Positions 39,101-49,408 of a stretch of 64,000 nucleotides of DNA are shown here, one piece after another (position 1 is the stretch's first letter; each line of letters starts with the position of its first letter). Origin of the DNA: a virus. Under the pieces are notes generated by a model, which saw only the letters and a program-made list of their open reading frames with translations, was not told the origin of the DNA and ran no database searches. Position numbers and translations under genes: made by a program. The stretch lies in IMG/VR virus record IMGVR_UViG_3300032182_000187, positions 1-64,000 of that record; one strand, given 5' to 3'.

Positions 39101-42100
39101 AAAGGTTTGTTTCAGACCTTCAGATATCTGGATTGGTGGGGAAATATCAAGAATAGATGTACTCTTAATAGTTCTAGTATTACCCTTGATTCTGTCGAAT
39201 CCTCTTGCAACACGAACTCTGGGTGGTTCTTCGTAACCATAACCACCCTCAAGTAGAACCAGATCAATTACATTACCACCAGTGGCAATAACCTGCGCCT
39301 TAGCACCACCACCAGCATTTGTGGATGGAATAAACTCAACAATAGGTGGAGTAAAATACTGATACGCAGAAGATTGAATGAGGATGTCATTTTCAAAATA
39401 TAGAGTTAGATCCCTACGGTTCCAGTTTAACTTGGTGACAGAACCATTAGCATCAATTTCTGCAGTAATAGCAAGACCTTCACCTCTTACAATATCATTG
39501 TAATTAGTAGTTTTAATATTTGCGTAGATGTCCTGAGATAGGAACTCATTCTTATTAAACTGCTTAGATTTGACCTTTTCAGGAAGATCTAGGATTTCTC
39601 TATAATCTTTCTCACCATCAATACGAATTAAATCACCAGGGCTGAGGTTAGCATAGATAGAGGACTTGTTTAGATATGCTTGGTATCCTAGTTCAGTTCC
39701 TTTGATCCATGATGGAATATCTAGACCAAGCAGTGGATTTCCATCAGAATCGGTATCGAACTCAACCGATCTTATCTGTACAGGAATATTTCCAGGTCCA
39801 GGTAGGAATCCATTTTCAATCTGAAGTTCAGTTACAGCACCTGTTTTTGGATCACTGAAGATAAAATCTAGATCATCGGATCCATATTTAAGATCGAAGA
39901 AATATGGAGTATTGATTATGAGAGTTAATGTTCTATATGCTGTACCATCAATAACTTCGTCGTCAAATTCGACACGCTTGATTTTGCCAAGAGTATCATC
40001 TTTTTGATTTAATTTTACATCATTACCTTTTCTATTGATAAACCAGTTTTCTAGATCATTAAGATCGGAAGCAGCAGTAGCGTCTGAAAGAGCATTAGAG
40101 ATCTTAACCGTTGCTTCAGCAAGGAAGGTGTCTGGTTCGTAATCAAAGAAAGTTAGGGATTTTTCTTTATCTCTGCCATATAAGAGGAGAACATCAACTT
40201 TTTGTGGATAAAATGTTCCATCCTCTTCTTCATGATAGTTTAGAGGAGCACTGAATGTAATAGTTGGTCCTACGATATTATAAGACTTACCAGGAATTTG
40301 TAGAACCCCGTCTACAAAGACGACAGCATATTCTGGGGAATCAACTTTAACAACATCATTAGTAACTTCATCTCTAAGGAGGAATGGACCACCACCCTTA
40401 TACTTGATAGTTTGTTCATCAATTACAAGACGAGTATATGAACCTACGCTGTAGATAAAACACTTCTCAGCGATCTTGATGTCATCATCGCTTTCATACA
40501 ATTCACCATGACTAATAGGTGGTTCGGTAAATTGAATTTGGTCAGTTCTATTTGGATCTACAGATCTAATAATTGCATAAGAATTACCGAAAGGCACTTC
40601 CTCGTCCTTTCTTGCTCTCTGCAAAACGCCATTCAAGGTAACAATTAACTTTTCATTGGGAAGAGTTTTGACAATGCTACCATCTTCATTGTATAGATCA
40701 AACAAGAATTTAGTTCCATCAAATTGATCACTAATGTCTGCAATCTTTCTGATGTATTGTTCATTAAGATCGTCATCTTTAAATTTAATAGACAGGCAGT
40801 AGAACTTCTGTGCTACAACTTCTTGCCCTTCTGCTATCCTGATTCCAAGAGGAGGTTCTGTAAAGACAATTTTATTACCTTGAACAGTGAAAGATTCTCC
40901 AGGTTCTTGTAATACACCATCTATAGTGACAATCAAACCATTTTCACTATATGGAGCGTATGCAGTGCCAGCTCTTGGATCTATTAAGGTATAAATTGTA
41001 TCTCCATAGAGAACCCCACTATCTTCATTATAGTCGCCATTGAATGGTCTATCTAAGACCAATTCTTTAGCAACTGTCTCTCCTGTATCAAATGTATCAA
41101 CAGAAACAGAACCAATACCACGCTGGACATTAAGACCAGTAGAAAGTAGGATGCTCTGCTTAACAAATTTCTTAGTATCTACAACAGAGATGTTTTTGGG
41201 TTCTAGGTTAATAAAAGAATGTGTTTCAATAACTCTAGACTCTTGAGGCATTCTGGTCTGTGCCTCAGATTCAACCATCATCTCACCAAACAGTTGGAAT
41301 CCTGCTGGGTGAGTAGTTTCTCTAATTAAGTCTCTCCAAACTTCAATAGAAGTTTTAGATTTGACAACATAGGAATAATCCTGATAGAAGTAAGAATCTG
41401 CTAATTTCTGTGAGTTCTTACTGAGTTGACCTCTTTCAGAATTGAATCTACCAAGATTATCTGAATATGTTCTGAGATCTGGTGTGAAATCAGTTACAAT
41501 TTGTCTTACAATATTGGCGGTCTTGCCATCAAAATATCCCTGTATGGGTACATCATTTCTAAAGACGCCGACAACGTTTTCTAGTTTGAGAATATTGCTT
41601 CCACTTCTCCAACCATTCTTAGATACTCTACCTTTGGCAACAACTACACCATTGACAAACTGTTTAATCTCTTCTCCACTGTAAAATTCTGTAGATCCAA
41701 AATCTTTAAGTGCTAGTGCTAATGTAGAAGTAAATTCTGGTAAAGTAGTGTAGTCTGAAGTATATCCATAACCAGATCTGATGATCTTAGCATTCTTTGG
41801 AGTACCGATATTGTTACTAGTAAAGAACGCCGTTACGTCAGACTCAAATACCTTAATTTCTGCAAAGGTATAATCTTTACCACCATTACGTGTAATGATA
41901 GACTTGATCTTTCCATTTTCTAGAACACACTCAAATCTTGCTCCAACACCATCACCATTTGTTACAAATGCAACTGGTTTAGAATAGTTTGATCCTTGAT
42001 TAATGACACGAACTGATCCAATGCTACCATTACTAGTATCAACAACTGCCTCCAACTCCGCAAGATAATCGTTTGTTGGTAGAATTCCTCTGCAAATAGG

Positions 42101-45100
42101 AAGATCTGTATAGTTAGATCCAGTATCGATGATATTGAGTTTAGTAATACTACCAATGGCAAAAGCACCAGATGTGGTGTAAGAAATTGATCCAGAACCA
42201 TCATATTGTGGAACCGAGTTCAGTTCATATGCAAATCTATTGGCAGTAGAATAGATTACTCTATGCTCTCCTGCAAGTGGATCTTGAATTACTTTTAGGG
42301 AAGCACCCTCTGTATTAACATCTTCTGATGCTTTAATAAAGTAATAGTAATTGTTGAAATTTACAGGAACTTCATTTTCATATGTATTTGTACTGATGTT
42401 GGGACCAAATCCCAATTTTAGAGAAACAAAAGATCCAGGTGTTCCAGGTAAATTGGTACTTACAGATTTTTCAGAAGTCAATAAATTATAATTGACACTA
42501 GCAGAGAAATCCAAGAACGTATTGTTCATGGAAGAATGACTGGTATCAAAAATGTACTTGTAGTATTTCTGTACTTCAATCTCAGGATTTACCGTAAAAT
42601 TAATATTATCTGTACTGAACTCAAGTTTATATTGAGCAGGTTCAATTGATTTAATACGTACAAATTTGGAAGGAGCATTTTGATCAAAGAAAATGCTACT
42701 TTGCAAGAAAGTAATTGGAGATGCAGTTGTATATGAGAATGCTGTAATTAGAGTCTTAGTTTCTCTATCGTATGATACAACATATGGTTTATTGATGTCT
42801 GCACCTAATGGTTGATAGTTGACATCTAATTTATAGAAAGACTCTTCAATTTCAAGTGGTTGATTATTAAAATGATCGACTGCCTGAGTATTATTCTGAC
42901 CTCTTAAAACAGTTACAGTATTATTTTGGCGATCAACGCCAGTTACGGTTACAATTTCTGTGCCAATACGAAGTTTATCATCATTGGAGATATCTGTTGC
43001 AGATGATACATTAATAAGAGTTTCATCTGCTGCAAATCCGACATGATCAACAGAAACTGTTAATCTTGCCGAAGAAGTGGTGTCTACATTTCTGTTTAAG
43101 AAATTGTCCGCAACTGTTAGTACATCCCCTCTTCTGTAACCAGATCCTTTCTCAGTTAATTCAATAAAACTTACACGACCAAATCCGCCGCCAACATTAT
43201 ATACGGTAATATTTGCTCTAGCGTTGTTAGGATCTCCAGGTCTTCCAATATTAGTTCTTACTTTAGTCTGATCTTGGAAATATAATTCAACTCCAGTGTA
43301 CGTACCTTCTTGATAACCAGCACCACTATTCATGATCACAAATCTACCAACCCCAGTATCATTGATTCTGGAATTAATAACAATATCCTCAATTTGCACA
43401 GTTTGATACAAACGTTTTCTCACATAGTAAGTAGTTGTTGTTAAATTATCATCGGGGAAAATGTTGACGTTAATTTTATCACCAGATCCTAAATTATGAT
43501 TTTCGCTAGTTTGAATTAAACCAATATTATCTTTTATACTTACAATATCAATGTTCTCACTCAAGGAGTTTACAGAAATAACTTGTGATTTAGAAGTATC
43601 CTCAAGAACACTACTCTTTAAGGTATATCCACTATCATTAAAAAAGTCTCCAGAGGTAACTCTTACTTTAACAGAATTTTGCTTAAATGTACCATCTAAT
43701 ACAACACCAGAACCAAATGTCAAACCAGATTCATCATTTACCAAAGAGAGGATAGCACCTTCCGAATATGTGGCGTCACTAGAAAGTAGTAAATTAACAA
43801 CTCTAATTGTAGCAAAGATAGGTAGTGTAGGATCAAATTCTCCTTCAACTCTTCTAAGCACAACTCTATTGTTATTAACAACATCACCAATTACTTCACC
43901 TTGAATGATATCTCCTTCGACAGCTTGAATAACACGGTACTCGCCGTTAGGTGGTTCGAGAATAAGATCATTAACAACTTTTACGTCAGGAGAATTTGAC
44001 AACTCAAATGCACTAACAGTACGAGTATCTGTGATTAGTTCACTTTGAGTAATACCTTCACCTTGATATACAGTATCTCCAGCAAAGAAATACGCCGAAG
44101 TTACTGTGTCAATTACTACAGCATTAGTGCTTTCGGATTCTAAAGCAATTACTTCTTTGCCAGTAACTTCTGAAACTAGTGCTTTAGCGCCAGATCCACC
44201 CGTATTGGTGTTGTCTACAAAAACCTCTCCGCCAACAGAGAAATTTTCTACGGATTGATCTGTATAAATGGAATTTACATTACCCTTAATAACATCAGCA
44301 ATAGTTGCTAAGGTGTCAATACCATTAACATCTAGAGCATCGGATCTTAATCTTCGGACGTTCTTTGGAAGATCATCCTGAGTCATTTGGGAATTGTAGT
44401 TAGAATCTACTGGCAGAGAGTAGAAATTCTTACCGAGGATATATGGAAACTTAGGATCTCCACTAGAATCAATAGTTACGAAGTATGCATAAGTTCCTTG
44501 TGGATATTCTGGAGTGACACAGAATCTACCGTTGTTTTCATCAAGTTCAGTTTTTCCACTGTTAATGGTAGGAGTCCATTTCCAGTCATCAATAAAAGTA
44601 CCCACTTCATATCGATTAATATCTGGACCATCTGTGCGATTGTTTTGTAGCACATATCCGCTATTCATCCTAGTAATAGTCGATGTAGGATCTCCTGGTT
44701 CGGAATATCCGTAAGGACCATAAATGGGATTGCCATCATACGCCCAACCAATAATAGGTGAGTGTGTATATGGAGCAGAATTTTCCGCAAGAACATTATT
44801 ATTGTTATCACCAAGTCTGTATCTGAGGTTTCCTGGGTTGGCGACTACCGCATAATGCTTACCTCTTCCGCTATACTCATCAAAAGTTAAACCATGATTA
44901 TCATCTAGATCCGCTTGACGTAGTTTGTAGCGATCTTTTATCCATCTTTTGATCTTTGCTTCCGCAACTGCACCACTACCAACAGGGATAACATCTACAA
45001 TTAGACTATTTCTATCGTATAAACGTCCGCCATTGATCTTCTGACAGGAAGCAAGACGACCATCTGTAGTCAATACCGCCTCAAATTCCGCAAACGAACC

Positions 45101-47014
45101 TTTCCCAAGCGCATCAAAAATTCTGATCTGCGGAGGAGATGAGTAATATTCTCCAGGTTCCGTAACAATAATACTCGTAATCTCACCAGAAGTTACAATT
45201 GGTTTTACTTTTGCTCCTCTACCAGAGGTAATTGTGACATCGGGGTCGCTAGAGTATACATCTTCAATATCAACTCTAACACTTTGAACGACCTCTCCCG
45301 CCATAATAGCGGTTGCTTTATATGGTTCGTTATTAATTAGTACGAAAGGTGGGGATTGATAACCAACACCCTTGTTCTGTATAGTGAGGGTTTCAATCTT
45401 TCCGCTAGAAATTTCTTCTTCATCTCTGTAACCAACAGCAACAGAACCATCTAAGAAAATAGCAATGTCTCTTCTGCTAGTTTCGTAAATTTCTGTGGTG
45501 TTAGAAGGATATTTTCTTACTAACTTTAAAAATTTGCCATCTATTAAGTTGGTCGGAGAAGACTCTTTTAATAATGAATGATGTGGATAACCACTAGAAC
45601 AAATATAGAAATACTGGTCATCTTCATAGATTGCCGAAACATCGCTATTTAACTGACTGATTGCAGCGGATGCGGCAGCATTTAAAGGAGAAGATGCCTT
45701 TCTATAGTTCTCATTAACAAACCAATCAGAAGAGTCAATGGCAGGATGAATAGATTCAAATCCAGGTTTAGAAATCTGAACCTTGTCGCCACTATTAGAG
45801 TAAGGATTTGGGGAACTTGGGTTAATGTTGTAGACAAGACCCAGTGCTAACAGAGTAATAATACCATTTTCTGTTTCTGCAGTAATCCTATCTCCACTGT
45901 AAACTGGAGTACCTGCAATATGAGTAGTGTTTGGGTTTGATCTATCGGCAAGAATAAACTGAGTTACATTCTTGTCTTTGTACGTAAAAGTCTCGGTATT
46001 GATAACAAATGTTCCAGGAATTCCTTCCCATCCCGCAGTAGAACCAACATCTACTCTGTCATCAGTACCTGAAGCAACTGTAATGTTAGTTTTTAGTGTG
46101 GTTTGAGCAGCAATTTGAAATCTGCCGTTTACAGAACTGGGGGATAAGATAATTTCAAATACATCATTAGAACCACCATATCTAACTGCATCAACAACAG
46201 CAGATGCATAGTTATCTCCACTACGCTGTACAATTTTTCTACCAACTAAATTATCTGCCTGTCCAAAGAGGATCTTTGCTTTTAAACTGTAATTACTGAT
46301 CCAATCAGAAGTAGATGTTTTTAAAGTAAAGTCCTTTGGATTATATACCTCTGGAACATCCTCTTCATCTTTTGCTACAATAGCGTTGAAGATAAACTTA
46401 ATTGACTTATCAGTACCCTTAGACTTGTAGAAACTACTGATATTCTTAATCAGGGTTCTCTTGTCTACTTCACCCTTGAGATATTTCTCTGGGAAACCAC
46501 CTAGATACTGGGATTCAAAGTTCTTGACTAGAGCATATAAGAACAGGTTACTAATGTTGTAAACTTCATTGTTTACATAATGTGGTTCTGCTTGTGTCGT
46601 AACAAAGTTAGATTCTCCATAAAGATCACCTAATGTGGTGTTTCCACTAACACCTCTACTAACTTCTAAAAATTCTGTATCAGTTCTAGTTTTATAAAAA
46701 CAAATCTCGTTTCCAATTTTAATATATCCATTCTCTTCTGGAAATGAAGTTGCATCCTCGACGACGATGGTAGTCGCTGCATCTTGAACAAATTCTGCAA
46801 CTCTAGTATACTGTTTTAGTAAATTCTTTTCGTAAAAATTAATGTCACTGTATTTGGTGACATTCGCAATGATGTCTAGAGGTCCGCCTCTGTTTTCTAA
46901 ATGCTCGTAATATTTTTCTACAAATTTAGAGAAGTCCTGATATTCACTTGCGATGAAAGCAGGTAACTGACTCTCAATAAGAGTAGAAATATTCCTAGTC
47001 GTAACGGATGCCAT
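36110..47014 (-). CDS. gp7: Baseplate wedge initiator, extended (3634 aa)
   Basis: LIESQLP.F, FYKSKGT, HSPIIGWAYDGNPIYGPYG and DSYFYQDYSY..HPAG; lies between gp6 and gp8. Confidence 0.82.
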   Translation of the reverse strand: MASVTTRNISTLIESQLPAFIASEYQDFSKFVEKYYEHLENRGGPLDIIANVTKYSDINFYEKNLLKQYTRVAEFVQDAATTIVVEDATSFPEENGYIKIGNEICFYKTRTDTEFLEVSRGVSGNTTLGDLYGESNFVTTQAEPHYVNNEVYNISNLFLYALVKNFESQYLGGFPEKYLKGEVDKRTLIKNISSFYKSKGTDKSIKFIFNAIVAKDEEDVPEVYNPKDFTLKTSTSDWISNYSLKAKILFGQADNLVGRKIVQRSGDNYASAVVDAVRYGGSNDVFEIILSPSSVNGRFQIAAQTTLKTNITVASGTDDRVDVGSTAGWEGIPGTFVINTETFTYKDKNVTQFILADRSNPNTTHIAGTPVYSGDRITAETENGIITLLALGLVYNINPSSPNPYSNSGDKVQISKPGFESIHPAIDSSDWFVNENYRKASSPLNAAASAAISQLNSDVSAIYEDDQYFYICSSGYPHHSLLKESSPTNLIDGKFLKLVRKYPSNTTEIYETSRRDIAIFLDGSVAVGYRDEEEISSGKIETLTIQNKGVGYQSPPFVLINNEPYKATAIMAGEVVQSVRVDIEDVYSSDPDVTITSGRGAKVKPIVTSGEITSIIVTEPGEYYSSPPQIRIFDALGKGSFAEFEAVLTTDGRLASCQKINGGRLYDRNSLIVDVIPVGSGAVAEAKIKRWIKDRYKLRQADLDDNHGLTFDEYSGRGKHYAVVANPGNLRYRLGDNNNNVLAENSAPYTHSPIIGWAYDGNPIYGPYGYSEPGDPTSTITRMNSGYVLQNNRTDGPDINRYEVGTFIDDWKWTPTINSGKTELDENNGRFCVTPEYPQGTYAYFVTIDSSGDPKFPYILGKNFYSLPVDSNYNSQMTQDDLPKNVRRLRSDALDVNGIDTLATIADVIKGNVNSIYTDQSVENFSVGGEVFVDNTNTGGSGAKALVSEVTGKEVIALESESTNAVVIDTVTSAYFFAGDTVYQGEGITQSELITDTRTVSAFELSNSPDVKVVNDLILEPPNGEYRVIQAVEGDIIQGEVIGDVVNNNRVVLRRVEGEFDPTLPIFATIRVVNLLLSSDATYSEGAILSLVNDESGLTFGSGVVLDGTFKQNSVKVRVTSGDFFNDSGYTLKSSVLEDTSKSQVISVNSLSENIDIVSIKDNIGLIQTSENHNLGSGDKINVNIFPDDNLTTTTYYVRKRLYQTVQIEDIVINSRINDTGVGRFVIMNSGAGYQEGTYTGVELYFQDQTKVRTNIGRPGDPNNARANITVYNVGGGFGRVSFIELTEKGSGYRRGDVLTVADNFLNRNVDTTSSARLTVSVDHVGFAADETLINVSSATDISNDDKLRIGTEIVTVTGVDRQNNTVTVLRGQNNTQAVDHFNNQPLEIEESFYKLDVNYQPLGADINKPYVVSYDRETKTLITAFSYTTASPITFLQSSIFFDQNAPSKFVRIKSIEPAQYKLEFSTDNINFTVNPEIEVQKYYKYIFDTSHSSMNNTFLDFSASVNYNLLTSEKSVSTNLPGTPGSFVSLKLGFGPNISTNTYENEVPVNFNNYYYFIKASEDVNTEGASLKVIQDPLAGEHRVIYSTANRFAYELNSVPQYDGSGSISYTTSGAFAIGSITKLNIIDTGSNYTDLPICRGILPTNDYLAELEAVVDTSNGSIGSVRVINQGSNYSKPVAFVTNGDGVGARFECVLENGKIKSIITRNGGKDYTFAEIKVFESDVTAFFTSNNIGTPKNAKIIRSGYGYTSDYTTLPEFTSTLALALKDFGSTEFYSGEEIKQFVNGVVVAKGRVSKNGWRSGSNILKLENVVGVFRNDVPIQGYFDGKTANIVRQIVTDFTPDLRTYSDNLGRFNSERGQLSKNSQKLADSYFYQDYSYVVKSKTSIEVWRDLIRETTHPAGFQLFGEMMVESEAQTRMPQESRVIETHSFINLEPKNISVVDTKKFVKQSILLSTGLNVQRGIGSVSVDTFDTGETVAKELVLDRPFNGDYNEDSGVLYGDTIYTLIDPRAGTAYAPYSENGLIVTIDGVLQEPGESFTVQGNKIVFTEPPLGIRIAEGQEVVAQKFYCLSIKFKDDDLNEQYIRKIADISDQFDGTKFLFDLYNEDGSIVKTLPNEKLIVTLNGVLQRARKDEEVPFGNSYAIIRSVDPNRTDQIQFTEPPISHGELYESDDDIKIAEKCFIYSVGSYTRLVIDEQTIKYKGGGPFLLRDEVTNDVVKVDSPEYAVVFVDGVLQIPGKSYNIVGPTITFSAPLNYHEEEDGTFYPQKVDVLLLYGRDKEKSLTFFDYEPDTFLAEATVKISNALSDATAASDLNDLENWFINRKGNDVKLNQKDDTLGKIKRVEFDDEVIDGTAYRTLTLIINTPYFFDLKYGSDDLDFIFSDPKTGAVTELQIENGFLPGPGNIPVQIRSVEFDTDSDGNPLLGLDIPSWIKGTELGYQAYLNKSSIYANLSPGDLIRIDGEKDYREILDLPEKVKSKQFNKNEFLSQDIYANIKTTNYNDIVRGEGLAITAEIDANGSVTKLNWNRRDLTLYFENDILIQSSAYQYFTPPIVEFIPSTNAGGGAKAQVIATGGNVIDLVLLEGGYGYEEPPRVRVARGFDRIKGNTRTIKSTSILDISPPIQISEGLKQTFATEIIITQTGEAGESLFIFVDLSAAVGNLDTTQQVTIIPAAAASIASMPPASIKESEVAFTGIEKSVSSSVKVVQPAEIDIIRDPIPFTGIQQIESTASVSDTTTQITTILPPTVISEAVHQLDTASINDVGAFLDAPVDLDDNIIFVPDTRRFPKASRLLIGKEIVTYTKTKQDRFMYVERGTFGTEPQTHNAGDYLRHLPELISVVPIGNIEVFSIETSVRVQETQTQATTVTATSFSDVKSVSELEVTTQVERDTQVEHKIEGFFVSEEVIIIPPEFVTPTITTIHNSKSEVKSIIPPAGVEGAVSSGLVTLEDTTLRIVNTFDLGINYDIIVSKQIVSETDYDFSSVTSLKTTVTKTVNSQDQFINVVQRELDFTEVNHSVVIDSKVNDIDSITSILPGVEKLNPFIVSTYATSESNVKAFTTEWKETVQLTQRGAIEDNVSLINVTSDVPTLNVEVLQIETLTEIQKITHTRVTLSEREEVLEALTSASVVGVEVTGVGVEGIVSSARIDTNAIRESLKVLRLDINHELVISTEVVRDPFETDYQQTVTSNFFRVEYEATVVQGGVNIYTDPSVKTVSSQHIIKPQVDVVSDSLLTTTIQSINKQVTIQPAASVAQVDTEYGITRVFYFNAPPLELATIEQVTIANVDRQIAVGTIVEESAETILSSQISVVTNDLSAISSNIVTSTHETNHSVANTVTYDVDTTITAFSTSITDKVDTLETTSSLVTVSKTAEIPAFFTIEPTISSRLTATSTNIVATTRPDEIQHTISITSGLADEQDQQGASREIDYEIGILDFFTELYVLPPKIKTRDQGEFDLNDPINEVFTREQGTILVLNANRERDAFYDGYTVGNAGFTMTGFENNLLIDTGALGVSGDIDTITRMFPDMTIEDFTERHSSSVTMTGERFNMGIPTINEVGSVLSASITNETSLDINNAGPFPDSGVILIGTELIRYTSKSGNTLQDLTRGYEGTTPTAHSAGDYVRTFGSSS

Positions 47015-47019
47015 TTAGA

Positions 47020-48813
47020 TTACTCTTTGTATGCAGTGAACTTACTTTGGGACATATCAACGTCCAGATAAACCTCTCTTAAGGCATTGATGTCATTACT
47101 TAAAGGACGTACTCTAATAGAAATCTTATTATCTTCAGACGATCCTTTAATAATAGTCAAGTCAGTTAGGACAACTTCACCCTCATCATACTTCACATAA
47201 CCAGCGTTGTCATTCAACACTAGTTTTAATCCATTAAATTCATCTATTCTATATAGGACGATTCTGCCATCCCTATCTTCAAAATACACGGTGTAGTCTG
47301 GGTACTCGGAGATTCTGAACCCCGTAGATTGGACTGTAGGTCCTTCACATGCCTCATAGAAAGCATTTTGAAAACAAACTTCATAATACGTATTAGAATT
47401 GATGAAAGGATAGAAATCCTTTCTCATCATCACTGTAGTCTGGTTTGAGTTGATTGCTCTGTCTGCATCATCAATTACACCAACAAATTTACTGTATCTA
47501 AATTTACCATTAAATTTTTCAGTATCAGAAATCTCAATATACTCCTCAATAGAATTTCTAACTTTGCTAATAATTTCTTCTGATAGTAGAGTAGTTCTCT
47601 GCCCATCAAAGAAAACTTTAGAAGTTAACTCAACATACAAGATAGATGGGTCTACGATGTCTGCAATAACAGATCCGACCATGTATTTCTTCAGTTCTTC
47701 CTTGATTTCGCTTTTAACGAAAGAAGAAAGTAAATCACTGTTAGATGGTTTGACAACAATCTTTACTTTACCATATTCAGGTGGTTGCTCTTGCTCACCA
47801 CCATATGTGATGATGTCTGCAACCGCAGGGTAGATATTTCTAACGATAGCAGCATAGTCCTGAGCGGTCACTGCACGGTTCTGTGTGCCGTAAAAGCGTG
47901 GAGCGTTGTACTTGATCTTATCAATGCTTTCAACCGCCTCTCCGCCCGTTGCAGGGGTCACTGAGGTGATTGTGGTGCTCAACTGGTAAGCGTTACCGTC
48001 TTTATCGTCAATTACACCATTGAAGACAAAAGTTTTTGCTCCGTTTGTCGCAGGACCATTAGAAACAAGATACTGGACCTCAACAAACTGTCCGTTTTCT
48101 AGTTTCTTACCTAGAACACCGTCACCAAAGAAAAGTTCATAATTCTCATCTTCAATTTCATTGATGAAGTATGCATTACTCTGGGAGTTGATATCTAAGA
48201 TATTCGCTGCTGGTTTAAAATACTCGAATGCAGTCGATCCTTGCTGTGGATATACCTTGACTCTCATTCTAGCAGTATCTACACCCTGGTTCTGGATTAG
48301 GTAACGTGTAGATTTGAGTGCTGTGTTGATAACGTAAGAATTTGTAATAAGAGATCCTTCATAGACCTCAACGTTCTGGAAAGTCGCAACACCGTTCGAT
48401 ACAGGTGCAGATACGTCATCAATCAGGGTATACTGGTACAATGTGCCGTCAAAGACCGTTGTGAAGGCGCTACCTGCCCTTAGAAGAGCGACGGAAGGTG
48501 CCGAGGCACTGAATGTAGCATTGAAGGTTACAAACGCCTTAGGGGCGCTTACAGACTTAGGTGTGTATCCTAGTTGCTTAGCGATTGAAACTACATTGTC
48601 TCTTAGACTTGCAGAGTCCAAGAACAACTCGTTAACAACTAGATTAGTGTTAAATGCTGTATAATAGGTGTTATAAGCAAGAACGTCCAGCAGGACACTC
48701 CAGGTAGATCCTTCAAAATCATAATCAGTGAAATCAGTCTGTGCCCTCAAGTAATCCTTGAGTGCTAACTTGATATCATTGAAATCTAAGTTTGAGACTT
48801 GTGCGTACGGCAT
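47020..48813 (-). CDS. gp6: Baseplate wedge subunit
   Basis: LDFNDIK, FTDYDFEGS, LAYNTYY, FGDGVLG and QNRAVTAQDY. Confidence 0.93.
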   Translation of the reverse strand: MPYAQVSNLDFNDIKLALKDYLRAQTDFTDYDFEGSTWSVLLDVLAYNTYYTAFNTNLVVNELFLDSASLRDNVVSIAKQLGYTPKSVSAPKAFVTFNATFSASAPSVALLRAGSAFTTVFDGTLYQYTLIDDVSAPVSNGVATFQNVEVYEGSLITNSYVINTALKSTRYLIQNQGVDTARMRVKVYPQQGSTAFEYFKPAANILDINSQSNAYFINEIEDENYELFFGDGVLGKKLENGQFVEVQYLVSNGPATNGAKTFVFNGVIDDKDGNAYQLSTTITSVTPATGGEAVESIDKIKYNAPRFYGTQNRAVTAQDYAAIVRNIYPAVADIITYGGEQEQPPEYGKVKIVVKPSNSDLLSSFVKSEIKEELKKYMVGSVIADIVDPSILYVELTSKVFFDGQRTTLLSEEIISKVRNSIEEYIEISDTEKFNGKFRYSKFVGVIDDADRAINSNQTTVMMRKDFYPFINSNTYYEVCFQNAFYEACEGPTVQSTGFRISEYPDYTVYFEDRDGRIVLYRIDEFNGLKLVLNDNAGYVKYDEGEVVLTDLTIIKGSSEDNKISIRVRPLSNDINALREVYLDVDMSQSKFTAYKE

Positions 48814-49206
48814 TTATCGTGATCTCTCCAAGAAGAATTCTACGTTTAGTGGTAAATCATCACGACCAATAACTTCAAATTCAAGACTTACTTCAAAACC
48901 ATTGTCATCATAGTTGGGGACTACTCTTAGAGACTCGATACGAATTCTTGGTTCGTACTCCTCTAATGTTCTAGTAATCTCAGCTTTGACTAACGCAGCA
49001 GTACCATAATCTAAGGGTTCAAACAGTAAATTGGTGATTCCAGACCCAATTTCAGAATTAAAAAGTCTCTCTCCACGATTGGTCAATAATAAGTTGACAA
49101 CCGCCTGCTTAATAGCAGCATCCCCCTTTACCACGACTAGATCGTCGGTAACGGGATGTGCCTTGAAAGTAATTGAGAGATCTTTAAAAGTCTGAAATTG
49201 TGGCAC
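48814..49206 (-). CDS. gp25: Baseplate wedge subunit / sheath initiator
   Basis: FKDLS, AIKQAVVNLLLTNRGER and YEPRI. Start probably GTG at 49206; late promoter CTAAATA at 49228-49234. Confidence 0.9.
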   Translation of the reverse strand: MPQFQTFKDLSITFKAHPVTDDLVVVKGDAAIKQAVVNLLLTNRGERLFNSEIGSGITNLLFEPLDYGTAALVKAEITRTLEEYEPRIRIESLRVVPNYDDNGFEVSLEFEVIGRDDLPLNVEFFLERSR

Positions 49207-49237
49207 TGGACACAAAACGTTTCTTATTATTTAGTCC

Positions 49238-49408
49238 TCATTTTCCAACGTATCCGTCGTCCCATTCTGCTTGACTAAGAAACTCATTTAACTTTTTGTT
49301 TTTTTGGCGTTCACTATGCAACCTCAACCAGCGGTCGCTCGCTGGTTGTGATATCAGAGTCATCCCCGCCTCGACGAAAGACTTACTTACATCCGTTGGA
49401 CTATTCGC
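49238..49408 (-). CDS. Small hypothetical protein
   Basis: MANSPTD..GMTLI; start overlaps the upstream stop. Confidence 0.6.
   Translation of the reverse strand, partial: ANSPTDVSKSFVEAGMTLISQPASDRWLRLHSERQKNKKLNEFLSQAEWDDGYVGK

Noticed and set aside
11001-47014. Inteins or introns explaining the very long ORFs
   Set aside because: No intein splice-junction or LAGLIDADG/HNH motifs were recognised and the frames are uninterrupted. Repeats and inserted structural domains explain the length.
331-48664. Numerous plus-strand and alternate-frame ORFs in the track (e.g. 23380-24114, 38365-38934)
   Set aside because: They are antisense or frame shadows of long minus-strand genes with no recognisable motifs.
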